From: Vicugna vicugna | Lineage: Eukaryota | Reading direction: 5' to 3' | DNA length: 64,000 nt | Assembly: GCA_013265495.1 (NCBI GenBank) | Contig: MU057951.1 | Span: forward strand, 161,008 to 225,007 | Part shown: piece after piece, positions 1 to 13,322 of the stretch | Layout: every line of letters starts with the position of its first letter | How positions within the stretch are numbered: position 1 is the first letter of the stretch | Notes under the pieces: generated by a model | What the model saw: the letters and a program-made list of their open reading frames with translations, nothing else | Database searches by the model: none | Told to the model about the DNA's origin: nothing | Translations under genes and position numbers: made by a program

Positions 1-613
1 CCTCCTACACTGCTGGTGGGAATGCAGTTTGGTGCAGCCACTATGGAAAACAGTGTGGAGATTCCTCAAAAGACTAGGAATAGACTTACCATATGACCCA
101 GGAATCCCACTCCTGGGCTTGTACCCAGAAGGAAATCTACTTCAGGATGACACCTGCACCCCAATGTTCATAGCAGCACTATTTACAATAGCCAAAACAT
201 GGAAACAACCTAAATGTCCATCAACAGGTGACTGGATAAAGAAGAATTGGTATATTTATACAATGGAATACTACTCAGCCATAAAAACCGACAACATAAT
301 GCCATTTGCAGCAACATGGATGATCCTAGAGAATGTCATTCTAAGTGAAGTAAGCCAGAAAGAGAAAGAAAAATACCATATGAGATCACTCATATGTGGG
401 ATCTAAAAAACAAAAACAAACACAAAGAAAGCATAAATACAGGACAGAAATAGACTCATGGACAGAGAATACAGACTTGTGGTTACCGGGGCGGGGGTTA
501 GAGGGTGGGAAGTGATAGACTGAGATTTCAAAATTGTAGAATAGATAAACAAGATTACACTGTATAGCACAGGGAAATATACACAAAATGTTATGATAAA
601 TCACAGAGAAAAT
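1..613 (+). mobile_element. Young LINE-1 3' portion (ORF2 C-terminus plus partial 3' UTR), continues beyond window start
   Basis: ORF 29..406 reads as the L1 ORF2 C-terminus ([12 protein letters not shown]...MEYYSAIK...ILSEVSQ). Nearly identical to the copy at 26695-27569. 3' UTR stops at an internal A-run near 613. Confidence 0.95.
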
Positions 614-930
614 ATAAATAAATAAATAAATAAATAAATAACATAAATACAAAGCAGAAACAGACTCTTAGACATAGAATGCAAACTTTTGGTTACTGCG
701 ATGGTGCGGGGTGGGAAGGGACAGACTGAGATTTTAAAATGTAGTGTAGATAAACAAGACTGTGCTGTATAGCACAGGGAAATGTATAGATCTTGTGGTA
801 GCTCACAGTGAAAAAAAGTGACAATGAGTGTATGCATGTTCATGTATAACTGAAAAATTGTGCTCTATACTAGAATTTGACACAACATTGTTGAATGACT
901 GTTACTCAATAAAAAGGTGTTAGAAAAAAA
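614..930 (+). mobile_element. Second, more diverged LINE-1 3' UTR with (AAAT)n, AATAAA and A-tail
   Basis: Repeats the same 3' UTR motifs (gataaacaag...tgtatagcacagggaaat...gaatttgacacaacattg), then aataaa at ~908 and an A-rich tail. Confidence 0.85.
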
Positions 931-1039
931 CAAATAAAGAAACACTACACTGTTAGAAAGGTATATGCAATGTAAGTTTGAAACAGAATTATACACATTT
1001 AATAAATAAATAAATACATATTTGAAGAGTTTTTGAAAT

Positions 1040-4000
1040 AAAAAATGAATAGAACATCTAAGGAGAATGTCAACAGGAAATAGATGATTTGAACACTATA
1101 AACCAATTAAATATAACAGAGAGATTTTGAATATTCCATCTAACAACAGCAGAATACAAAACATTTTCTAGTGTACATGAAACATTCTCCAGGATAGACC
1201 AAATGTTAAGCCATGAGACAAGTCTCAATATATTAAAATATATTGAAATAATATAAAGTATTTTCTGCTATTAAAATTGATTGAAACTGAAAACAGAAGG
1301 AAAAATAACTTACCTATCTCAGGTTGGTAACAAAGTCACAATATAAAACGGGATAGATATTTAACACAACAAAAAATAAAAGAAGAGGAGGAAAAGAATG
1401 GAACTTGTATAGGTAAATGAAGATAAGATGCTGTCTTCAGAGAAAGGACTATTTTATCTAAGAGACATTATATACAAAACATATATAGAGAGTAGGAACA
1501 TAAAACATAAAAAAAGAGAAAATTACCCTCAGAAAACCACCAAGCTAAAATGGAAGATAGAAGCACAAAGAAAAAAAATTTTAGATACAGAGGAACAAGA
1601 AAAGAAAAAAATGGCAGAACTAAGTCTTTATATATCAATAATTATCCTAAATGTAAATGGACCAAATTCACATATAAAAAGACATAGATTGGCTGGCTGG
1701 ATTAAAAACCAGGATCCAACAATATGCTGCCTCCAGAATATTCATCTCGGCTCTAAAGACAAACATAGACTCAAAGTGAAGGGATGAAAGATGATACTGC
1801 AAGCAAATGGCAGCCAAAAGAAGCAGGTACTGTAGCCATATTCATATCAGACAAAGTAGACTATAAACCGAAAAGGTAACAAGAGATAATTATGAACATT
1901 ATATAATGATAAAGTGAACAAATCATGAAGAAGACATGACATAACATATATTAATATATATGCATTTAGCATAAAAGCACCAAAATATATAAAGCAATTA
2001 TTAATATCCATAAAGAGAGAAATTGATAGCAACATAATAATAATATGGAAATTTAACACCCTACTTACATTAAAGGATAGATCATCCAGACAGAAAGTCA
2101 ACAAGGAAACTGTGGCTTTGATTAGAACAGTAGATCAATTGACTGAATACATATTTACAGAACATTCTCTCCAAAAGCAGCAGAATACACATTCTTTTTA
2201 CACATGGAACATTCTCAAAGATCAATCATATGTTGGGATGCAAAACAAGTCTCAACAAATTTAAGAAGATTGAAATCATATCAAACAACTTTTTTCAATT
2301 ATAATAGCCTGAAACTAAATGTCAACTACAAGAAGAAAGCTGGAAAAAATCACAACTATCTGGAGACTGAACAACATGCTACTGAACAGCTACTGGTTTA
2401 GACAAAAAAAATCACAGGAAACATTTAAAAAATATATGAAGACAATTAAAAATGAAAATGTGAATAATAAGTAGCTCATTTGTATCTTTTGACTGTCATT
2501 TATGATTGAATTACTGCATTCTGTTGATTCTTATTTTGTGGTTAGCTTTATTCCTTTGATAACTATGTAAGTTTAAAGTGCTAAAGCTCTAAACTGTTCT
2601 TAGAAACAATGAACAGCACATGTATGTAAATTTTAAAATGGTTTTATTTCTCAATAAGTTGGACTTCCTAGAATAAACTTTGTTTACCCCAAACAATAAT
2701 AATAAAAGGAACTGAACAAAAATGTAGTAGACTATTAACATTCACTTCATATTGGCCATTAGTATCTTTCACAAAACTTTGAGATACACTGTATGTAAAA
2801 GTTATTTTATATTCCCCATCTCCTAGTGGCATGTTATTTCATATTACTAATGATATTGTCAAGAAAATGAAATGAAATTTGTCTCAAAAAAGAAACAACT
2901 TTGAATCTTCTGATGCTGTGATCATAATTATGACTTTGTTTCTGACTCTTTCCACATAGCAGAGTCCTAGGGAGTTCATTTCTTTTGAAGACTAATGCAT
3001 CCTCAGCCACTCAACTTCGTGAATCTGAGTTCTGGAGGAAAATGTCATTATACATGACTGCCTAAAATACTATAATTTAAATTTGGAAATAAAATGCTAA
3101 GATGCTGAAACTGGGATAATTTCTAATAAGAGTACCACTAAAGATAATTTCTATTTTTTCCAAACATAACATAGGGAATGGATATGGTTATACTACTGTA
3201 GAAGATGTTCTTTAATTTTAGCTAAAATTACATTACCAGAGAGATTGATATATTCATGTAATTCTCAATATAAAAATAAAGAAAATGTAATATCTATCTA
3301 AAACTACAAAAACATGAAGATATGACATGCCATAATTTATGGGATACAGCAAAAGCTGTACTAAGAAAGGAGTTTATAGCAATGCAGGTCTACCTCAAGA
3401 AACAAGATAAATCTCAATTAAACAATCTAACCTTACACCTAAAGGAAATATAAATAAAGAAGGAAATAAGCCAAAAGTTAGTGGAAAGAAGGAAGTAAAA
3501 ATCAAAGCAGAAATGAATGAAGTGGAGGTAAAATGACAGTAGAAAATATCAATGAAAGAGATAGATGATTCTTTAAAAAGTTAAACAAAATTGACCTAGA
3601 CCCACTAAGAATAAACAAAGAGAATGCTCAAATAAATAAAATCAGAAATGAAAATGTGGTTACAATTGATATCACACAAATACAAAAAATTATAAGAAGG
3701 ATAGGGATCACATTGAATCTGCAGATTGCTTTAGGTAATATGTATGAACAAATGAATACAATAAAGTTGCAAGGTATAATGTCAATAATAAAAAATATGT
3801 TGGGTTGCTATCCACTAACAATGAAATAGCAAAGGAGAAGTTAAGAAAACAAACCCAGTTTGAACTGCAAAAAAATAATAAAGTACTTAGGAATAAATTT
3901 AACTAAGGAAGTAAAGAGCCTGTATATTGAAAAGCATAAGATTTCTGAAAGAAATTGAAGACAAAAAAATGGAAAAATATTCCACCCTCATGGATTAGAA

Positions 4001-4430
4001 GAATTAACTTTGTTAAAGTACCCATATTACCTAAAGCAATCCCAATGATATTTTTCACAGAAATATAAGTAAAAAGTCTGAAATTTATGTGGAATCACAA
4101 AAGACCCCAGTCAAAGCAATCCTAAAAAGAAAAATAAAGCTGAAGTTATCACACCTCCAATTTCAAATTATTCTGCAAAACTAAAACAATTAAAACAGCA
4201 TGATATTGGCAGAAAAACAGATACACAGATCAATGGAACAAAATTGACAGCCCCAACATGAACCCATGTATACATGGACAACTAATTTATGATAAAGGAG
4301 CAATGAACATACAGTGGAGAAAGAAAAGTATCTTCAAAAAATAATATTGGGAAAACCAGACAGTCACATGCAAAATAATGTAATTAAACCACTCTTAAAC
4401 CATACACACAAATTAACTAAAATAGATTAA
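1040..4430 (+). mobile_element. Old fragmented LINE-1 ORF2 (endonuclease to post-RT), interrupted at 2461-3300 and missing most of the RT
   Basis: ORF 1428..1787 ends in EN motifs (LNVNGPNS..KRHRLAGWIK.QDPTICCLQ). L1-like sequence continues with many stops and frameshifts. Confidence 0.85.
2461..3303 (+). other. Non-L1 insert in L1 ORF2; candidate 5'-truncated retrocopy of an mRNA 3' UTR
   Basis: L1 homology breaks at 2460 and resumes at ~3305. The insert ends with AATAAA (3275-3280) and an A-rich run ~20 nt later. Degenerate flanking duplication aaaaatgaaaatgtga / aaaacatgaagatatga. Confidence 0.45.
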
Positions 4431-4679
4431 TAGTATACTTGTTTTCACCATTGATATTGAACATTATACTGAAAATCCTATCCAGATCAGTTGGAAAAGA
4501 AAAATAAATAAATAGCAACTGAATTGAAAAGTAAGTTACTTCTGTCTTAGATAACATAAACTACATATAGAAAATTTCAGTGAATCCACAAGAAATGTAC
4601 TAGAGCTGTTTAATAAATACAACAATATTGTTGACTACCACAAGTATAGCACATAAAAATCAGATTTAATATCTGAAAT

Positions 4680-5520
4680 ACATTAAAAATACTTAAATAC
4701 AACAACAAAAAGAAAAACAACCTAATTAAAATGAGCAAGTGACTTGTATAGACATTTCTTCAAAGAAGAGACATAAATAACCAATAAACACTGAAAAGAG
4801 TTCAACATTTTTAATCATTAGGAAAACACAAACAAAACTATTTAACATTTACCAAGATGGCTATCATAAAAAAAGAAAAAAAAGTGTTCATGAGGACATG
4901 GAGAATTTATAATCCTCATATATTGCTGATGGGAATGTAAAATGGTACAGCCACTATGGAAAGGTTTGGTGGTTCCTCAAATGGTTAAATGTAGAATTAC
5001 TGTATGACCTAGCTTTTCCACTCCTGGGTATATATACTCAAAAGAATTAAAAACAGGGATACCTTTATGTTGCTATTCATTGCAGCATTATTCTCAGTAA
5101 CCAAAAGGAGGAATCCAAGTGTCTATCAACAAATAAATAAAAAATGTTTGTAGGAATATTATTTACATAAACAGGACTGAAGTTCTGATATATAGATGAG
5201 TCTTATAATTATGACATTAACCAGACTGAAAAGGATAAATATTGTATGATTCTACCTACATGAAATATCTAGAATAGGAAAATTCATACAGGCAGAAAGT
5301 TTATTAGAGTTTACCAGGGGTTCAGGGGAAGAGATAATAAGGTGTTACTGCTGAATGGTTACAGAGTTTCTGTTTAAGGTGATAAAAAAAGTTTTGGAAA
5401 TGGCGAAGGCTGCCTAATTGTGTGAATGTAATTAATGCCATTTTGCACAAAAGTGCTGTGTACACAAAAATGGTAAAAATGGCAAACTATGTGATATATG
5501 TATTTTACAACAACTAAAAA
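4680..5520 (+). mobile_element. Ancient L1 3' end (L1MB-like)
   Basis: Degenerate ORF2 end plus L1MB-type 3' UTR motifs (atggttacagagtttctgttt...tgtgaatgtaattaatgcca...aaaaatggtaaaaatggcaaa). Subfamily from recall. Confidence 0.7.
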
Positions 5521-5539
5521 AACTTTTCCAAAAATAAAA

Positions 5540-6240
5540 AAGGAAGACACAGCTACACACCCAATGAAAGTCTTAAAATTAATAAAGCTGACAAAGATAT
5601 GGAGCAACTGGAACTCTCAGACTTGGCTAGTGCATGTATAAAATTGTAAAAGTACTTTGGAAAACATTGTGTCAGTGTCTTAAAAAGTTAAACATACATT
5701 TACAATACAAAATAGCCATTCAACTCCTAGATATTCACCCATAAAAAAAAATGACTACATAAATACTTGTACAAGAAGGTTCATAATTTCTTATTCTTAC
5801 AGCTTAGGTGTTCTTATACCTAGTGAAAACTTGAAACAATCTAAATATCCAATAATGGGAATGGATAAATTGTGATATATGATTTGATACTATAAAATAA
5901 AAAAGGAACAAATTACCAATATCTGCTTTAGTCTACATAAATTTGAAAAACATAAATGCTGAGTGAAAGAAGCCAGATTCAGTACTATACTATGTATGTA
6001 TGATTCCATTTACATGAGTTCTAAAACAGGCAAAATTAATCTGTGGTAAAAAAAAAAAAAAAAAGACCAGAAAAGGCACCAGAGGATGGCAGGTAATTGA
6101 TTATGACTGGAAATCAGGAAACTTTCTGAGATTATGGAAATATTGATAGTGTTACACAGGTATATGCATTTGTGGGGAGTCAGTGAATTCTACACTGAAG
6201 AGCTATGCTTTATAATATATGTAATTATACATTAATAAAA
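5540..6240 (+). mobile_element. Ancient L1 3' end (L1MC/ME-like)
   Basis: Motifs tgctgagtgaaagaagccaga, tgattccatttacatgagttctaaaacaggcaaaattaatctgtggt; ends in aataaa. Confidence 0.65.
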
Positions 6241-6293
6241 ATTATATATGATTAGCCATGTCAGGATTTGCAAACATCAAAAACACCTTTACT

Positions 6294-8242
6294 ATATTGA
6301 ATAGAAGTGGTGAGAGTGGGCATACTTTTATTGTTCTGGATTTTAGAGAGAAGGCTTTCAACTTTTCACCATCAAGTATTATGCTGGCTATAAGTTTGTC
6401 ATAAATAGCTTTTTTTATATTGAGATATGTTCCCTCCATTCCCACTTTGATTAGAGTTTTTATCATAAATGGACGTTGATTTTTACTGAATGCTTTTTCT
6501 GAATTAAGATAATCACGTGATTTTTGTCCTTTCTCTTGTTGATGTGGTTTATCATGATGATTGACTTGTGTATGTTGAACCATCCTTATGTCCCTGGGAT
6601 GGACTCAACTTGATCATGGTGTATAAACTTTTTTAAGTGTTGTTGGATTCTATTTGCTAATATTTTGTTGAGGATGTTTGCAAAGCATGAAGCTGGAAGA
6701 ATAACATCCCTAGACTTCAAACAATGCTACAAAATACAGTAATCAAAACAGCACGGTACAAAACATGGTACAAAAACAGACATAAGAATCAATGGAACAG
6801 AATAGAGATCCCAGGAATAAACCCACAAACTTTTGGTCAATTAATCTTTGACAAAGGAGGCAAGGACATACAATGGATTAAAGACAGTCTCTTCAGCAAA
6901 TGGTGTTAGGAATACTAGACAGCTGCATGTAAAGCAATGAAGTTAAAATACTACCTAACACCATACACAAAAATAAACTCAAAATGGCTTAAAGAAGTAA
7001 ATATAAGACAAGACACTATAAACCTCTTAGAAGAAAACAGAGGCAAAACATTATGTGACATAAATCTTAGCAATGTTCTCCTAAGACAGTCTACTCAGGC
7101 AATAGGAATAAGAGCAAAATTAAACAAATGGGACCTAATTAAACTTACAAGCTTTTTCACAGCAAAGGAAACCATAAATAGAACAAAAAAGACAACCTAC
7201 AGAATGTGAGAAAATATTTGCAAAAGATGAGACTAACAAGGGCTTGATTTCCAGAATATATAAACAGCTCATATGACTTAATAAGAAAAAAATAAACAAC
7301 CCAATCCAAAAATGAGCAGAAGACCTAAACAAGCAATTCTCCAATGAAGACATACAAATGGCTAATAGGCACATGAAAAAATGCTCAATATTGCTTATTA
7401 TCAGAGAAATACAAATCAAAACTACAATGAGGTATCACCTCACACCAGTCAGAATGGCCATCATTCAAAAGTCCACGAATAGTAAATGCTGGAGAGGCTG
7501 TGGAGAAAAGGGAACCCTCCTACACTGTTGGTGGGAATGTAGTTTGGTGCAGCTGTTATGGAAAATAGTATGGAGACTTCTCAAAATACTAAAAGTAGAC
7601 TTATCATATGTTCCAGCAATCTCACTCTTGGGCATATATCTAGAGAGTATTTTAATCCAAAAATATACATGAACCTCAGTGTTGATAGCAGTACTATTTA
7701 CAATAGCCAAGACATAGAAACAACCCAAATGTCCAATGACAGATGACTGGATAAAGTTGTGATATATTTGTACAATGGACTACTACTTAGACATAAAAAA
7801 TGATAAAATAATGCCATTTGCAGCATCATAGATGGATCTGGAAATTGTCATTCTAAGTGAAGTAAGCCAGAAAGAGAAAGAACAATGTCATATGATATCA
7901 CTTATATGTGGAATGTAAAAACACAAACAAACAAAAGACAAATGAGCTTATTTACAAAACAGTAGCAGACTCACAGACATAGAAAACAAACTTATAGTTA
8001 CTGGATGACTGGTGGGTGGGAAGGGATAAATTAGGACTTTGAGATTTGCAGATACTAATTCCTATGTATAAAATGGCTAAACAAGTTTACAGCACAGGGA
8101 CTGATATTCAATATCTTGTAGTAACTTATAATGAAAAAGAATATGAAAACAAATATATGTATGTGTATGTATGGCTGAACTAATTTGCTATACACCAGAA
8201 GTTGACATAACATTGAAAACTGACTATACTTCAATTAAAAAA
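6294..8242 (+). mobile_element. 5'-inverted (twin-primed) LINE-1: minus-oriented RT piece 6294-6680, plus-oriented ORF2 end, 3' UTR and A-tail from 6681
   Basis: Minus ORF 6242..6583 is RT-region L1 and plus ORFs 6724-7672 are later ORF2. TSD aaaaacacctttact (6279-6293) / aaaaacctctttact (8243-8257), 13/15 identical. Confidence 0.9.
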
Positions 8243-8260
8243 AAAAACCTCTTTACTTGC

Positions 8261-8619
8261 TGTGACTGTTAATTTGAACATGTCAACTTGACTAGGCTAA
8301 GGGAAGCCCAGATATCTCATAAAACATTATTTCTATTGTTTCAATCTATTAAAGTCCTGAATAGAACAAAGAGGAAGAGAATGGGCAAATTTGCTTTCTC
8401 TGCCTGAGATGAGAGGTCCAGCTTCTCCCTATGAGACATTGATGCACCTTGGTTTTTAGGTCTTAAAGCTTGATCTGTGGCTTACACTTCTGACACACTG
8501 GTTCTCTGAACTTTAGACTCAAACTGAATTTTACCATTAGTTTTCCTGGATCTCTAAATTGCAGATGGCAGATTATGGGACTTCTCAGCCTCCATAATCA
8601 CCTGAGACAATTCTTATAA

Positions 8620-8666
<47 letters not shown>

Positions 8667-8682
8667 ACAAACAAACAAACAA

Positions 8683-8717
<35 letters not shown>

Positions 8718-11570
8718 AGCAAGCAAGCAAACAAACAAACAAATATAGATTTTTCCCCTTGGAAATCTCTGAGAAAAATATATTTTGGTACAGACAGTAG
8801 CTATAGAAAAACAGAATTTTGAAGTTGAGTTTTCTGAAAATTTTCTGGTGTTACTAGAATTGGCTCTCTAATCTGATTAGATTCTAATAAGCTAATGAGC
8901 TAGTGTATATGATGCTTTCAAACATTTTTAGAAAACTGATTGCTCCTAATGTTTTTAACTGAATTGGTGAAAGAGAAGAATGAGTTCAGGGGTTCAAATT
9001 TCAGTTTAAGAGGCACTTAATAACCTAAGAGCTTCTACGTGTACCCTGAACATGTCCCTTATTTCCTGTAGCCACATGGCTAAAATTGTTGAAGTTTACA
9101 CATAGAACTTCATCTTGTATCAGTTAAATTACAATGGAAGTTGAACTCCCATCCTTGCAGGTTGTCTACTGTTAAAGTAATAGCATATATTGAAAATGAA
9201 TGGGGTCTTGTAAATTGGGATTGGGATATGTCAGAAGATTTTGATGAAGTAGGGGACAATGAGCCTTTAAATCTTGATGAGTTTTCATTGCCAGTGGAAG
9301 AGGCCTCCCCCTTTTCAGTGGAAGTGGCCTCCTGATCTCTAGTAGAAGGGTCATACCATTCCCTGTGGTATTGACCTCCCCACCAACAGTGGTATAAGTC
9401 TTTCTACCTCTATCTGAGGAGATTAACCCTCCATTGCCTGAGGCCTCCCTTGAGATAGTTCCCATGCAAGACAATGCTGATTTTCCTTAGGATCACCTCC
9501 ATCCTCAGTTTTGCTTCTCGATCTACAACTAGACTCAAGTTCCAGGAGGCTCCTAAAGGTGAGGTACAAATTGTGACCCATGAGGAAGTGTGCTATGCAC
9601 GACAAGAACCACTTAATTTTTCTAATTTATACAAACATAAATCATGGGGAAATATATTTGGAAAAGGGTACTATAGGTATAGGATAATGGCGGAAGAAAA
9701 ATAAAGTGGTATCAGGCCAAATTTATTGATATGGGCTCATTAAGCAGAGACAGCATTTAATGGTGAAGCTTAGGGAATTAGAAAGGGCTTTAACTGTTTG
9801 TTGGTTGGTGGGCTGAAATATGGAACAATAAATTCCCCATCATAAGTAAATTGGAAATGATCAATGGTTTAATGTAGAGGAAGAGATTCAGAGGCATAGG
9901 GAGATGAAAATGTTAGAATGGGCTTGTCATTTAAAACCTACTCACACACTACACATCCAAAGGACATCCTTTTCTCGATACTTTCAGAAGTATATCTGTG
10001 AGGAGAACCCCAACATCCTTGAAGAATTTTGTGATCACTCTTCTTTGTAGGCCAGACCTTACGCTGAGAACCACAGCTACTCAAATGGAAAACATAAATG
10101 TCACTGAGGTTATTGGATTCAGGTGATTGGATTTATGTGTTTATGTTAGGGGCCAAGTGGTAGGACTCAACTTCCAAAACCAAAGTGGACATGATTACCA
10201 TAATGAACAGCAGAAAATTTCTAGCTAGGTAAGCAAAACATAACTTGAATCAAAAACAGAGGGTCACAGGCCCTCAATCAATTCTGAGATCTGAGCCAAC
10301 AAACATACACAGATTCTCTTGAACTAAGGGGAAACTGGGTCCCCTTAAAGGAAGGACCCCAGTACACTACTGAAATTTTATATTGTTAATTTTCCTCAAA
10401 AGGACTTCCCCAAAGGAACCTCTGATCTTTTACCGGGATAATTGTATATTGAGGTAAAGGAAATAATCAGATCTTTTGAGGACTGCTGGCCACTCGCTCT
10501 GAACTGACACTGATTCCAGGAGACCCAAAACATTACTGTGGCCCTCAAGTCAGAGTTGGGGCTTATGGAGATCATATGAGCAATGGAGTTTTAGTTCAGG
10601 TCTGTTTCACAGTGGGCCCAGTGGTTCCCTGAACTCATGATTCTTTCCCCAGTTCCAGAATTTAATTATTGGAATAGACAGACTTAGCAGTGAGCAGAAT
10701 CTCCATACAGGTTTCATGACCTGTGAAGTGAGGAATAGAAATGTGGGAAAGGCTATGTAAGCAATTAGAATTGCCTTTACCTGGGAATCTAGTTAATTAA
10801 AAGGAATAGTGCATTCTTGAAAGGATTGCTAAGATTAGTGCCACTATCAAGGACTTGATATGTGCAGGAGTAGTGATACCCACCACATGCCCATTCAACT
10901 CTCATACTTGGCCTGTGCAGAAGGCAGATTTTGAAGAATGTCAGTGAATTATCATAAGCTTAAGTAGGTGATGACTCCAGTGAAGCTGGTTTACCAGATG
11001 TGGTTTCATTTGAGCAAATTAACATAATCCTTGATACTTCGTATGAAGTTTCCAATCTTACAAATGCTTTTTCCTCCATTCTTGCCCATATGGTCCATCA
11101 GAAGTAGTTTACTTTCAACTGGCAAGGCCAACAGTACACATTCATTGTCCTACCTCAACGGTATAACAACTCACCACCTCTATGTCATAATTTTGTTCAC
11201 ATGATCTTGTTTACCTTTTTCTTCCACAAAATATCACACTAACCCATTACATTAATGACATTATATTGATTGCACCTTGTGATCAAGAAGTAGCAATTTC
11301 TCTAGATTCATTAGTAAGATATTTGCATGTCAGAGGGTGGGAAATAAATCCAACTAAAATTCAGGGGTCTTCTATCTCAGAGAAATTTCTGGGGGTTGAG
11401 TCAAGCTATTTCTTCTAAAATGAAGGATACTTTGTTGCATCTGGACTTTCTATAACCAATAAAGAAGTCATGGGACTTCTTGGCCTCCATAATCACCTGA
11501 GACAATTCCTACAATGAATGAATGAATGAATTCTATTGACTTCATTTCTCTGAAGAACCCTGACTATACG
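8261..11570 (+). mobile_element. Decayed ERVL provirus (MLT2-type 5' LTR, gag, protease, partial RT, truncated 3' LTR)
   Basis: Starts TGTGA..gtcaacttgactaggctaaggga (MLT2-like). Protease-like GLLATRSELTLIP at ~10480 (from LLDTGSELT). RT motifs LPQRYNNSP (~11150) and HYINDI (11245, from YIDD). LTR segment gggacttct..gcctccataatcacctgagacaattc occurs at both ~8577 and ~11472. Confidence 0.88.
8618..8743. repeat. Compound tetranucleotide microsatellite (AAAT)n(AAAC)n(AGAC)n(AAGC)n(AAAC)n
   Basis: Directly visible. Confidence 0.98.
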
Positions 11571-12769
11571 CTAATATATCTAAATTCACGTGGTAGATAT
11601 GCATTGCTCTAACCCTTTAATGATATTTATCACATTATTTTTACTTTGTTTTGTAGTTTTATACCCATCTTATATCTTTGTTATTGGTCTGAAGGCTATT
11701 GGAATGATAAAAGATCATGTGTTATGAATTGACATGCCAGCATAACCTCTAGAAAAATGTCTTGCACAATTTAAATGTAAAATAAAATAAACAAGTAGTA
11801 ATCAAAGTAACTACAGCAGAAAGCCTGATTTGTGAGAAGCATGTATGTAGCTTTCTTTTGGGATTATTTAGATGTCTTTAAAAAGGAGCCTATATCCTTT
11901 ATGGTATGAATACTTATAAAGGAATGAAGGATGGATGTGAAAAATACGTGAAGGAAAGAAAACATGAAATCTTTTCATTTTTAAAAACCCTGAATATAGT
12001 TTTAAGCAGTCAAAAGTAAATTCAGAAACATAGGTAGAATAATCAGCCAGTTTAAATATATAACTTTATAAAAAAGATTTTGTCCAAACAATGGACAATA
12101 TAGACATTTCACATCTCATTCACATGTTTTGAGTCTGTTCAGATACAATCTAAAGGAGAAAAAAGGAAGTCATTTTACACCTACATTTACTAATTCAGCC
12201 TTTATTTCTGTGTTCTTTACTTTTAAACTCACTATCTCAAAATCTTGCCCATTACCACAACTTAACTGTCTGATCTCTACAGATAAACCATAATCCTTGA
12301 GGTATTTTCTTATATAGTTAATCAGACAAAAATATTAATCCATCTCCACGATGCCCCTAAATATTCCTTAAGTTTTTAGCTTATAAATTTCTGTCTGAAT
12401 TGCTTTTGCAACCTCTAAGCTAGAATTCTTTGACCCAATCTCTGACATTTTCGCCATATATTCAAGAATATATAGTAGAATTTTGGAAATATGGAAGCTT
12501 GAATATTCCTTCTGACTTCATCTCTTCTCAATCTCCTTATCTGAAGAAAGCCAGAAGTCAGAATTAGCAAACTGACAGAGCCAAGGCATGGATACATTAG
12601 AGATGGTGGGTTCTCCAGGAATATCAGAGAGGAAAAAGACCTATAGTCCAATGGGGCAAGAGAGACCAAGCACAAATGAGACCTTATTTGATGATAAAGG
12701 AAGTATTTTAAGTCAGATCAATTAATGAGTGATACAGGGACAATTGTCACATTTTTGCTCAAAACAGGT

Positions 12770-13250
12770 GACTTTTCATCTCACTCAGATTAAAATCCAA
12801 ATCCTTTACAGTTGTCCATAAGATTGTACATGGATCTGGCCCCTGACAAACTCTTTGATCTCATCTCCTCTCATTCTCTTTCTTGCTCACTTCCAATATG
12901 GCTACACTAGGCTGCTGTCACAAACCTCCAGGCACATTCTGTCTTAAGGCATCAGCAACATGGTTTGCACCCTCACTTTATTCAGGTGTTTATTCAAGTC
13001 ATCTGCTCTGAAAGGACTTCTTTACCACATATATAGAACAGAATGCCCCAAACCTCATGCTGTCCCTTTACTCACTCTGCTTTACTTTTTTCAAAGCAAC
13101 CATCAAAAACTGATGTATGTATAGTGTGTTGGGAGGGAGAAGATGGGACTCTGTTTCTACCCTGCATGATATAAATTGTAAGCACTATGAAAGCAAGGAC
13201 TTTGTTTCTGGCAATTTCCTCCTCCTAAAACAGTGCCATAAATATTGTTC
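12770..13250 (+). mobile_element. LINE-2 (L2a-like) 3' fragment
   Basis: ctcactcagattaaaatccaaatcctt...gatctggcccctg...tgtaagcactatgaaagcaaggactttgt resembles the L2 3' consensus. Confidence 0.7.
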
Positions 13251-13322
13251 AGTTCTGCCTCTGATTTAGTGCCAGAATATGAAAGAACTCTGATATCATC
13301 ATGAAACACTGTAAGACCTGAT

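Noticed and set aside
9141..9704. ERVL gag ORFs as a domesticated gag (Fv1-like)
   Set aside because: Only short (60-100 aa) pieces broken by stops; protease and RT motifs are also mutated.
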